Positions 39,083-47,038 of a DNA stretch of 64,000 bases are shown here, piece by piece. The notes beneath the pieces were generated by a model that saw only the letters and a program-made list of their open reading frames with translations, ran no database searches and was not told the DNA's origin. The stretch lies in the NCBI GenBank assembly GCA_964588985.1, contig CAZPQW010000014.1:31938-95937 (forward strand), read 5' to 3'. Source of the stretch: an uncultured Solirubrobacteraceae bacterium (GTDB lineage Bacteria > Actinomycetota > Thermoleophilia > Solirubrobacterales > Solirubrobacteraceae). Positions within the stretch are counted from its first letter, which is position 1; each line of letters opens with the position of its first letter. Both the position numbers and the translations under genes were made by a program.

Positions 39083-39772
39083 ATGACCCGCGCGCGGGTG
39101 CTCGTGGTGGACGACGACTCGGTCGTGCGCCAGCTGCTGCACGGGATGCTCGAGCGCGCCGGCTACGAGGTCAGCGAGGCGATCGACGGGCGCGCGGGGC
39201 TGCGCGAGCTGTACGCCTCCTCGACAGACCTGGTGATCCTCGACGTGGAGATGCCGGAGCTCGACGGCTGGGCGACGCTCGAGCGCATCCGCGATCTGAG
39301 CGACGTGCCGGTGCTGATGCTGACAGCGCGCGACACGGAGCTCGAGCGCGTGCGCGGCCTGCGCGGCGGCGCCGACGACTACATGATCAAGCCCTTCGGC
39401 AATCAGGAGCTGCTCGCCCGCGTCGATGCGCTGCTGCGGCGCGCGCGCCCGCGGGTCGAGGAGCGCACGACCTATGCGGACGCACGTGTGAGCATCGACT
39501 TCGCGCAGCGCGCCGTTCGCTACGACGAGCGCGACGTGAGCCTCACGCCGCTCGAGTTCAAGCTGCTGAGTGCGTTCGTCCACAACCCCAACCACGTGCT
39601 CACCCGCGACCAACTGCTGGAGCTCGTGTGGGGCGACGCGTTCGGTGTGTCCTCAGAGCAGGTGAAGCTGTATGTGGGCTACGTGCGCCACAAGCTCGAC
39701 CCCGACGCCCCTGCCACCACTCCGATCGAGACGGTGCGGGGGTTCGGATATCGCTACAGGCGGCCGGCGTGA
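39083..39772 (+). CDS. OmpR/PhoB-family response regulator
   Basis: VLVVDDD, ILDVEMP, GADDYMIKPF, LTPLEFKLL and ETVRGFGYR. Confidence 0.95.
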   Translation: MTRARVLVVDDDSVVRQLLHGMLERAGYEVSEAIDGRAGLRELYASSTDLVILDVEMPELDGWATLERIRDLSDVPVLMLTARDTELERVRGLRGGADDYMIKPFGNQELLARVDALLRRARPRVEERTTYADARVSIDFAQRAVRYDERDVSLTPLEFKLLSAFVHNPNHVLTRDQLLELVWGDAFGVSSEQVKLYVGYVRHKLDPDAPATTPIETVRGFGYRYRRPA

Positions 39773-39798
39773 TTCTGGGGCTGTGAGTCCCGCGGCGC

Positions 39799-40293
39799 TC
39801 AGTCCTCGCCGAGCCCCTTGAGGTCTTCCAAGTCCCGCGGGCGACCGGCTGCGCGCTTCATCGCTCGCAGGTGATCGAGGCCACACACTCGCACCGGCAA
39901 GTCGTCGATCGTGCTCTCAATGGCCTCGCGGTCGAGAGCGCCGTACAGATCCTCGAACTCGATCCCGCTGAGCCATTGCATGACGTCGAGACGTCCGAGA
40001 TCGGTATGCAGGCAGAAGTTACCGCCCATGCTGAGATCGGCCGCACGCGTGGGATCGGCCGGCATCTCCTCCGGCTTGAAGTCAGCCGTGTCCAGAACGG
40101 TCGCGTCGAGATCGCGGAGCATCTCGGCCAGACGCTCCAGGTTCTCCGCAGCGGGGTTGGGCACGATGTCCAGATCCTTGGTGACACGGATGAAGCCATG
40201 TGCATTCACTGCGAAGCCGCCGACGACGATGTGATCGATGCTGCGCTCGTGCAGTGCGCGCAGCAGCGGGAATGGATCAAGCGCCTCGGGCAT
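39799..40293 (-). CDS. Nucleotidyltransferase-fold protein (AbiEii/MenT/DUF6036-like)
   Basis: VVGGFAVNAHG..RVTKDLD...MKRAAGRPRDLED. Confidence 0.8.
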   Translation of the reverse strand: MPEALDPFPLLRALHERSIDHIVVGGFAVNAHGFIRVTKDLDIVPNPAAENLERLAEMLRDLDATVLDTADFKPEEMPADPTRAADLSMGGNFCLHTDLGRLDVMQWLSGIEFEDLYGALDREAIESTIDDLPVRVCGLDHLRAMKRAAGRPRDLEDLKGLGED

Positions 40294-40471
40294 GACGGAA
40301 TGCCTCGGCGAAGCGGTTTGCGAAACGGGCGAGCGCGGCGGCCTCTTCGAGATTTGCGCTCACGCCCCGCGCTCGGTCGCGCGTCACCTGCGCGCGGGTG
40401 GCTCGCTCGTTGCGAGCGATCTCCTCAGGCGTCCAACGCCCTTTGGGTCTTGCCTTTGACTCCGCAGCCAT
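40277..40471 (-). CDS. Small helical protein, putative antitoxin
   Basis: 64 aa; overlaps the NTase start by 17 bp; TACAAT lies 7 nt before the ATG. Confidence 0.65.
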   Translation of the reverse strand: MAAESKARPKGRWTPEEIARNERATRAQVTRDRARGVSANLEEAAALARFANRFAEAFRHARGA

Positions 40472-40562
40472 GGCTCGCATTGTAGATAGAGCCGCGGCCC
40501 GAGCGGGAGTGGGCTATCCAGAACGGACTGAAGGTTGAGCCCCGAGAGGCGTTTGGTGCCGG

Positions 40563-41123
40563 CTATCTGCTCTCGCTCGCTGTCTGGGCCAGCTGATCGA
40601 GGCGCGCGTGGCGGGGGTCCTCCGCGCCGAGGATCCGGTGCAGCCAGTGTTGGATGTCCGGCATGTCGAGGTCTTCGACGCAGACGAGCATCTGCTCTAT
40701 GTCGAGCCAGTCCTTCGGGCGGTCGAACACGACCTTGCAGGCAAGCAGGTGCTCGGGCCCGAGGATCGGTATCCGCTGATCGCCGAACGGGACGATGCGC
40801 GTTTGTTTGCGCATGGCTTGATGGATCTGGTCGTAGGCCAGGAACACGTCGATGGGGGTGCGGGTCCACGACAGCCGGCACTGGCCATCGCGCTGAACGG
40901 CCGCTGGGTCCACCTGGGTGTCGACGCCGAGCGGCTGGAGCGCTAGCTGAATCCGAGGGAAGTCGTTGGGAGCGAGGAAGACGTTGATGTCGATGTCGTC
41001 GGTGGCGCGTGGCTCGGCGTAGTAGGCGAGTGCGAGCGCGCCACCGAACGCGTGCGAGATGGACGCGTTCGCGAGCGCGTGGTGGATGTCGAGGATCTTG
41101 TCGGGAAGCGTGGGCTCGCTCAT
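40563..41123 (-). CDS. Second nucleotidyltransferase-fold protein
   Basis: FGGALALAYYAEPRATDDID...LACKVVFDRPKDWLD. ATGA overlap with the upstream gene. Confidence 0.8.
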   Translation of the reverse strand: MSEPTLPDKILDIHHALANASISHAFGGALALAYYAEPRATDDIDINVFLAPNDFPRIQLALQPLGVDTQVDPAAVQRDGQCRLSWTRTPIDVFLAYDQIHQAMRKQTRIVPFGDQRIPILGPEHLLACKVVFDRPKDWLDIEQMLVCVEDLDMPDIQHWLHRILGAEDPRHARLDQLAQTASESR

Positions 41124-41599
41124 GCGGGTTGGGAGCGCAGGTGTGGAAAGCGCACTTGCGGGCCGCGTCGGGATGATGGGAGGTGGTCGACTAGCAGCAG
41201 CAGGTCGCGCAGCGTCTCTCCCCGCTGCTGTGGCGTGGCGCTGGCCCACCGTCCGGCCGCACGTGCGCTGTGGGAGATCTGTGAGCTGTGGGGGGCGAGC
41301 GTGTCAAGCAGCAGGGCTCGCAACAACGGTCGCGGCTCGCGCCCCGCGGCGATCTCGGCCAGCAGTTCCCCGGCCGCACGATCGGCGTCCTCGCCGGCGA
41401 CGGGCGCTCCGGCACGCCGAGCTGCCTTGCGTAGCTCTACGGGAGTGAGCGGCTTGGATGAGCGGTCGCAAGCTTGGGAGATGACGTCGGGCGTCAACGT
41501 GCGAAAGGTGGCGAGTGTGCGGCTGCGCGGGCCGGCGGCAGTCGAGTGCGACTCCCGCACCTCCCAGGTTCCGCTGGGGCGACCGGTCACATAAGTCAT
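41120..41599 (-). CDS. Hypothetical protein, putative antitoxin/DNA-binding partner
   Basis: 159 aa; translationally coupled to the NTase; TATGAT just upstream. Confidence 0.7.
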   Translation of the reverse strand: MTYVTGRPSGTWEVRESHSTAAGPRSRTLATFRTLTPDVISQACDRSSKPLTPVELRKAARRAGAPVAGEDADRAAGELLAEIAAGREPRPLLRALLLDTLAPHSSQISHSARAAGRWASATPQQRGETLRDLLLLVDHLPSSRRGPQVRFPHLRSQPA

Positions 41600-41620
41600 A
41601 GTGGGTAATCATACCACTAT
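41598..41620. promoter_or_regulatory. Inverted-repeat operator over the -10 and start codon
   Basis: ATAGTGG-N9-CCACTAT. Confidence 0.6.
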
Positions 41621-41630
41621 ATAGGCGGAC

Positions 41631-42080
41631 CTAGGCGCAGTTGCTGTTGAGCGTTTTGACGGACTTGACCGTCGAGGTCGCGGTCCAGGACCGGTAAATG
41701 GCGCTGACGCGGTAGTAGTAGGTCGTGGAGTAAGCGAGCGAGCCGCTTTTGTCGGTGTAGACGGTTAGTTCGGCGTTGACGCTCGCGACCGCGGTGTAGG
41801 TGCCGTTGCTGGACGTGGCGCGTTCGAGGCTGTAGGACGTGACGTAACTCGAGCTCGAAGCTGCCCAGTCCACTTCGACTTCGGGCGTTTTTTTGATACG
41901 GCAGTTGACCTGGAGAGTGTTGAGTCCCGTGGGGGCGGCAAGCGTGGACGTGGCGATCGTGATCGGACCGCCTTTCGCGGTCTTGTTGAAGACGGCGAAC
42001 GCGACCTGCGCGCTCGTGAGCGCCGCCAGGGCGAGGAGCGCAAGGATGGCGAAACCGGTTAGCGGGCGTCCGCTGCGCAT
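41631..42080 (-). CDS. Secreted FN3-like protein with a SipW-class signal peptide
   Basis: Hydrophobic N-terminus ending VAFA/VF..., LAAPTGL, VDW, SYSLER and YYYRVSA; two Cys. Confidence 0.8.
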   Translation of the reverse strand: MRSGRPLTGFAILALLALAALTSAQVAFAVFNKTAKGGPITIATSTLAAPTGLNTLQVNCRIKKTPEVEVDWAASSSSYVTSYSLERATSSNGTYTAVASVNAELTVYTDKSGSLAYSTTYYYRVSAIYRSWTATSTVKSVKTLNSNCA

Positions 42081-42085
42081 GATCG

Positions 42086-42697
42086 TCAGGACCGCCCCTC
42101 CGCTTTCGCGGTCTCGCGGCGTGCGCCGATGCCCCAGATCTCCCAGAGCACCATCAGCGCCAGCAGCGCGGGTACCACGAAGATCGTCGCTACATGCAGC
42201 GCACGGCTGCGCATGACGTTGATCAGATAGCCGAGGTGAGGCACGACGGCGCGCATCTGCCATGCGGTGTTGCCTTCCAGGCGCGCGGTCCACGGGTCGT
42301 TGGCGTTGTTGGCGTCGCCGCGCGTCTGCACCAGCGGGTGCGCGCCACCCTGCAGGATGCGCACGATGCGGTGCGTCTCGACCTGGTGGATGCCGACGGG
42401 CACCGTGTAGGAGATCACCTGCCCGACTTTCACGGCGCTGACGGGCTCGGGGGTGACGATCACCATGTCGCCCGGCGAGAAGGTCGGGCGCATGCTGCCG
42501 GAGAGCACGGTGACGGGCCGGTAGAGCCCGAGGCGGGGCAGCACGGCGATCGTGAGGAAGAACGTGAGGGCCAGCGCGAGGAGCGCGCGCTGGCCCCACG
42601 TTCCCCAGGCGCGGAGGGTCGTGCCGACCGTCCGCGCCTGGGAGCCATGAACCGTGTCCAGGTGGTGCTGCTCGAGAGGGATCCTGAGCGTGTTCAT
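42086..42697 (-). CDS. sipW: Signal peptidase I, SipW/ER-type (S26B)
   Basis: VLSGSMRP..PGD...VGQVISY...ETHRIV...TRGDAN..ND; Ser-His type rather than Ser-Lys. Confidence 0.9.
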   Translation of the reverse strand: MNTLRIPLEQHHLDTVHGSQARTVGTTLRAWGTWGQRALLALALTFFLTIAVLPRLGLYRPVTVLSGSMRPTFSPGDMVIVTPEPVSAVKVGQVISYTVPVGIHQVETHRIVRILQGGAHPLVQTRGDANNANDPWTARLEGNTAWQMRAVVPHLGYLINVMRSRALHVATIFVVPALLALMVLWEIWGIGARRETAKAEGRS

Positions 42698-42709
42698 GGC
42701 GGGTTGCTC

Positions 42710-43327
42710 CTACTTGTTGCCGGCGACGCGCTGCGTGCCGAGGAAGCCGTAGGAGATCGTGGATGACTGCCCCTGGAGCGTGTTCGGCGCGATCGTGGGC
42801 AGTGTGAGCGTCACGCGCAGGTGGTCGGTCGAGCCGGTGGTCAGCGACGAGAGACCGGTGAGGGCCATGCTCGAGCCGATCACCGCATGCGACGCCAGCA
42901 CCGTGCTGGTCGTGCCTCCGCACGTGTACGTGTACGCCGGCGAGGTGCCTGCCTCTGTCCACGCGGTCGAGCACTTCTCGATGGTCATCTGCAGGCCATT
43001 GGTGACGTCGGTGTCCAGCAGCGAGCTCGGTGAGGCGGTGGTGGTGAGCACGATCGAGGACAGGTTGTCGGCGGTGCCGGTGCCGTTGTTGATGAGGTCG
43101 ACCGAGCGCTGGATCGTGTCACCGGGGACCACGTTGGACGCGCCGATCGTGAGCCGGTTGGCCGCGCCGGTCGTGCCGAGCGCGATCGAGACGGTTCCCG
43201 AGGAGATCGTGTGACTGGCCGAGGTCGAACTGGTGAACGTGGCGAACGTGCCCAATCCAGCCATGGCCGCGGTGGCGCCGACAACTGCGAAGGAGCCGAG
43301 CAGCCGCTTCATCGTCTTCTGGTTCAT
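42710..43327 (-). CDS. TasA/CalY (camelysin)-family secreted protein
   Basis: GLGTFATFTS...TISSGTVSI, NVVPGDTIQRSVDLINNG and NTLQGQSSTISYGFLGTQ. RBS AAGGA. Confidence 0.85.
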   Translation of the reverse strand: MNQKTMKRLLGSFAVVGATAAMAGLGTFATFTSSTSASHTISSGTVSIALGTTGAANRLTIGASNVVPGDTIQRSVDLINNGTGTADNLSSIVLTTTASPSSLLDTDVTNGLQMTIEKCSTAWTEAGTSPAYTYTCGGTTSTVLASHAVIGSSMALTGLSSLTTGSTDHLRVTLTLPTIAPNTLQGQSSTISYGFLGTQRVAGNK

Positions 43328-43402
43328 TTGAGACCCATCCTTGAGTTGGAGAACTTGACCTCGACAAGATCTCCCGCGCCGGTTTGCGACTCGGAGGGGT
43401 CC

Positions 43403-43421
43403 GGTATGAGACGGGTATGAG
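43403..43421. promoter_or_regulatory. 11-bp-period direct repeat; candidate winged-helix (OmpR/SARP) binding site
   Basis: GGTATGAG-ACG-GGTATGAG in the tasA/trxB divergent region. Confidence 0.5.
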
Positions 43422-43477
43422 CCTGAAGGCGCCCTCGATCGGCCCGCGCCCTTTACACGCTCGCTAGCGTTTCGGTT

Positions 43478-45172
43478 GTGTCCGAGCCCGACACCTCTCA
43501 CCCGCCGGCCGTGAGCGAGCGTCGCCCGCGCCGCCCGGTGATCCTCGCGGTCGACGACGAGCCCGCGGTGCTCGCGGCCGTCTCGCGTGATCTGCGCCGC
43601 GGCTTCGGCGAGCGCTACCGGATCATGCGCGGGTCCTCGGGCGCGGAGGCGCTCGAGCTGCTCGCGGAGATCCGCAGGCGCGGCGAGCAGGTGGCGCTGC
43701 TCGTGGCCGACCAGCGCATGCCCGGCATGTCGGGAACCGACTACCTCGTGCAGGCCCGCCAGGTGGTGCCGGAGGCAAAGCGCGTGCTGCTGACCGCCTA
43801 TGCGGACACCGAGGCGGCGATCGCGGCGATCAACGACGTGGCGCTCGACTACTACCTGCTGAAGCCCTGGGACCCGCCCGAGGAGCAGCTGTTCCCGGTC
43901 GTGGAGGACCTGCTCACCACGTGGGAGTCGGGCGCGGCGCTCGAGTCGGGCGGGGTGCGGGTGATCGGCCACCGCTTCTCAAAGGAGTCGCACGACCTGC
44001 GCGACTTCCTCGCACGCAACCGCGTGCCCGCGCGTTGGCTGGACATCGAACGCGACGGCGAGGCGCGCGAGCTGTTGACGGTCGCGGGCGTGGACGCCGG
44101 TGGCCTGCCTGTGGCGCTCCTGGAGGACGGCTCGGTGCTCGAGCGTCCCACCATCCTCGAGCTGGCGGAGCGGATCGGCGTGGCGCTGCAGCCGCTGGCC
44201 GACCACTACGACCTCGTGATCGTCGGCGGCGGCCCGGCGGGTCTCGCGGCGGCTGTGTATGGCGCGTCGGAGGGGCTGCGCACGGTGATGGTCGAGCGCG
44301 AGGCGCCCGGCGGGCAGGCGGGGCAGTCGAGCCGGATCGAGAACTACCTGGGTTTCCCCGCGGGTCTGTCCGGATCGGATCTCGCCCGCCGCGCGACCGA
44401 CCAGGCCCGGCGTCTGGGGGCGGAGCTGCTGACGATCAAGGACGCGACCGCGCTGCGCGTGGAGGGCTCGGGTCGGATCGTGGAGCTCTCTGGAGGCGGC
44501 GCGCTGAGCGCGAGCTGCGTGATCGTCGCCTCGGGGGTCTCATACCGCCAGCTCGACGCGCCGGGCTTCACCGCATGCACCGGCTCGGGCATCTACTACG
44601 GCGCGGCGCTGACCGAGGCGCGCGCGTGCACCGACCAGCACGTGGTGGTGATCGGGGGCGCGAACTCCGCGGGGCAGGCGGCGGTTTACTTCTCCGGCTA
44701 CGCCTCGAAGGTGTCGATGCTGGTGCGCGCGGACTCGCTGGCGAAGTCGATGTCGCACTACCTGATCGAGCAGATCGCGGCATTGCCCAACATCGACGTG
44801 CGCACCGGCGCCGAGGCGATCGCCGCAGAGAGCGAGGACGGGCGCCTGCGCGCGCTTCGCATCCGCGACGCGAGCGGCGCGGAGACACTCGAGGAGGTGG
44901 ACGCGTGCTTCGTGTTCGTCGGCGCGGCGCCGCGTACCGACTGGCTGGAGGGCGTCGTCGCGCGTGACGAGCGCGGCTTCATCCTCGCGGGCACGGAGGT
45001 GCGCGAGCGTGGCTGGCCGCTGAAGCGCGATCCCTATGTTCTGGAGACGAGCGTGCCGGGCGTTTTTGTCGCGGGCGACGTGCGCGCGCGCTCGATCAAG
45101 CGCGTGGCGAGCGCGGTGGGGGAGGGGTCGATGGCGGTGTCGCTGATCCACGAGTACCTCGCGAGCGCATGA
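43478..45172 (+). CDS. Receiver domain + glutaredoxin-like + thioredoxin-reductase-like FAD oxidoreductase
   Basis: LAVDDE, VADQRMP, VGGGPAG, SRIENYLGFP, IGGANSAGQAA and FVAGDVR...RVASAVGEG. Confidence 0.9.
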   Translation: MSEPDTSHPPAVSERRPRRPVILAVDDEPAVLAAVSRDLRRGFGERYRIMRGSSGAEALELLAEIRRRGEQVALLVADQRMPGMSGTDYLVQARQVVPEAKRVLLTAYADTEAAIAAINDVALDYYLLKPWDPPEEQLFPVVEDLLTTWESGAALESGGVRVIGHRFSKESHDLRDFLARNRVPARWLDIERDGEARELLTVAGVDAGGLPVALLEDGSVLERPTILELAERIGVALQPLADHYDLVIVGGGPAGLAAAVYGASEGLRTVMVEREAPGGQAGQSSRIENYLGFPAGLSGSDLARRATDQARRLGAELLTIKDATALRVEGSGRIVELSGGGALSASCVIVASGVSYRQLDAPGFTACTGSGIYYGAALTEARACTDQHVVVIGGANSAGQAAVYFSGYASKVSMLVRADSLAKSMSHYLIEQIAALPNIDVRTGAEAIAAESEDGRLRALRIRDASGAETLEEVDACFVFVGAAPRTDWLEGVVARDERGFILAGTEVRERGWPLKRDPYVLETSVPGVFVAGDVRARSIKRVASAVGEGSMAVSLIHEYLASA

Positions 45173-46608
45173 GCCACCCGAGCGTCGATCAGCTGCGCGA
45201 GGTCGACCTGTTCGAGGGGCTCACCGATGAGGAGCTGGAGCGGTGGGCACAGGCGGCGCAGGTGCGCGAGCTCGCGCCCGGGACGCCGGTGTCCGAGCAG
45301 GGCAAGCCCTCGCCGGCCTTCCATCTCGTCCTCTCCGGCTCGCTCGAGGCATACGCGATCGACCCCGATGGGCGCGCGGAGCCGGTGGGCGAGCACAGAG
45401 CGCCGACGTGGGTGGGGGCGATCGCGGTGCTCACGGGAGGCGTGTCGAACGTACGCATGGTGGCCCTGGGCGAGGTCACGATCGCGGCGGTCGAGCCCGA
45501 AGAGTTCATCGAGCTGGCGCTCGCGCAGCGCCAAGTGTTCGAGCGCGTGATGGCGCAGGTGCGCCCGGTGGTCGGCCGGATAACCGCGGTGGCGGCCGAC
45601 CGCGAACGGCTGGCCGGTCTCGGCACGATGGCCGCGGGCCTTGCACACGAGCTCAACAACCCCGCCTCGGCGGCACGCCGCGCAGCGTCGGATCTCGCGG
45701 AGGCGCTCGCGGTGCTCGCGTCCACGATCGGGCACTTCGTCGAGTCCGGAGTGACACGCGAGGAGGCGCAGCAGCTGGTGGAACTTCAGCGCCAGGCCCT
45801 GTCGCAGTGCTCGGCGCGCAGCGCGCTCGACGCGTTGGATGCGGCCGATGCGGAGGACGAGTTGCGCGACGCGATCGAAGACCTCGGTGTGGAGGAGTCG
45901 TGGAAGCTCTCCGAGCCCCTTTCGATGGCTGGCGTGGACGCGGCCTGGCTGCAGCGGGTGAGCGGCCTTGCGGGCACCGCCACTCCCGCCGCGCTGCAGT
46001 GGGTCGCCGCATCGCTGACGGCTCAGAAACTTGCCGCTGAGCTGGCGGAGTCAACCCAGCGGATGAGCGCGCTCGTGGGGGCGGTCAAGTCCTACGCGTA
46101 CATGGACCGTGGCGCACTCGTCGAGACCGACATCCACGAGGGCCTCGAGACCACGCTCACGGTGCTCGGGCACAAGCTCAAGCACACCCACATCGAGGTG
46201 GTGCGCGAGTACGACCGCACGCTGCCGAAGATCACGGTCAACGGCGGCGAGCTCAACCAGGTGTGGACGAACCTGCTCGACAACGCCATCCAGGCGCTCG
46301 GCGAGACCGGCACGATCACGATCTCCACGAGCCGCGAGGGGCCGTGCGTGCGCGTCGACATCGCCGACGACGGCCCGGGAATCGAGCCCGCGGTGCGCGA
46401 GCGCATCTTCGAGCCGTTCTTCACCACCAAGGACGTCGGGCAGGGCACCGGGCTCGGCCTCGACACGGCGCGGCGGATCGTCCGCGACCGCAACCGCGGC
46501 TCGATCGACGTCGCGAGCGAGCCGGGGCGCACCGTGTTCCACGTTCGGCTGCCCGTGCAGAGCGCACTACCATCGACCCAAGCCAGCGAAGGAGGTCAGG
46601 CCGCATGA
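45169..46608 (+). CDS. cNMP-binding-domain histidine kinase
   Basis: VDLFEGL cNMP domain, AGLAHELNNP, LNQVWTNLLDNA and EPFFTTK..GTGLGL. Confidence 0.9.
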   Translation: MSHPSVDQLREVDLFEGLTDEELERWAQAAQVRELAPGTPVSEQGKPSPAFHLVLSGSLEAYAIDPDGRAEPVGEHRAPTWVGAIAVLTGGVSNVRMVALGEVTIAAVEPEEFIELALAQRQVFERVMAQVRPVVGRITAVAADRERLAGLGTMAAGLAHELNNPASAARRAASDLAEALAVLASTIGHFVESGVTREEAQQLVELQRQALSQCSARSALDALDAADAEDELRDAIEDLGVEESWKLSEPLSMAGVDAAWLQRVSGLAGTATPAALQWVAASLTAQKLAAELAESTQRMSALVGAVKSYAYMDRGALVETDIHEGLETTLTVLGHKLKHTHIEVVREYDRTLPKITVNGGELNQVWTNLLDNAIQALGETGTITISTSREGPCVRVDIADDGPGIEPAVRERIFEPFFTTKDVGQGTGLGLDTARRIVRDRNRGSIDVASEPGRTVFHVRLPVQSALPSTQASEGGQAA

Positions 46609-46886
46609 GCTCACAGCAGACCTGTACGCACCTCGACCAGGTGCAGATCGACGAGGTGCCGGCCCGCACAGAGGTGCCCGGCTGCGAGGAGTGCCTGCAG
46701 ATGGGCGGCCGCTGGGTGCACCTGCGCGTCTGCCGCACGTGCGGGAAAGTCGGCTGCTGCGACTCCTCGCCCAACCGCCACGCTTCAAAACACGCCGCCG
46801 ACGCAGCGCATCCGATTGCCAGCTCGATCGAGCCCGGCGAGGACTGGTCCTGGTGCTACATGGACGAGGTCGCGTTCGTCGTCTAG
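46605..46886 (+). CDS. Stand-alone UBP-type zinc finger protein
   Basis: CTH...CEEC...WVHLRVCRTCGKVGCCDSSPNRHASKH...EPGEDWSWCY. Confidence 0.92.
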   Translation: MSSQQTCTHLDQVQIDEVPARTEVPGCEECLQMGGRWVHLRVCRTCGKVGCCDSSPNRHASKHAADAAHPIASSIEPGEDWSWCYMDEVAFVV

Positions 46887-47038
46887 GGCAAACTGCAGGC
46901 TGACGGCGCCGCACGGGGTCCTCGTAGAGATGGCGAGCGCGCCGGTCTCCTCGGCGAGTGCGAATCACGCCCCGACACGCTGTCAACGCGCCGGGGCTAT
47001 CTACGCAATTCGGCCCCGCATGGGGCAGGGGTCAACAG

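Noticed and set aside
43438-43455. TAAAG...GCCGAT as a sigma28 promoter for tasA
   Set aside because: The spacer is only 7 nt.
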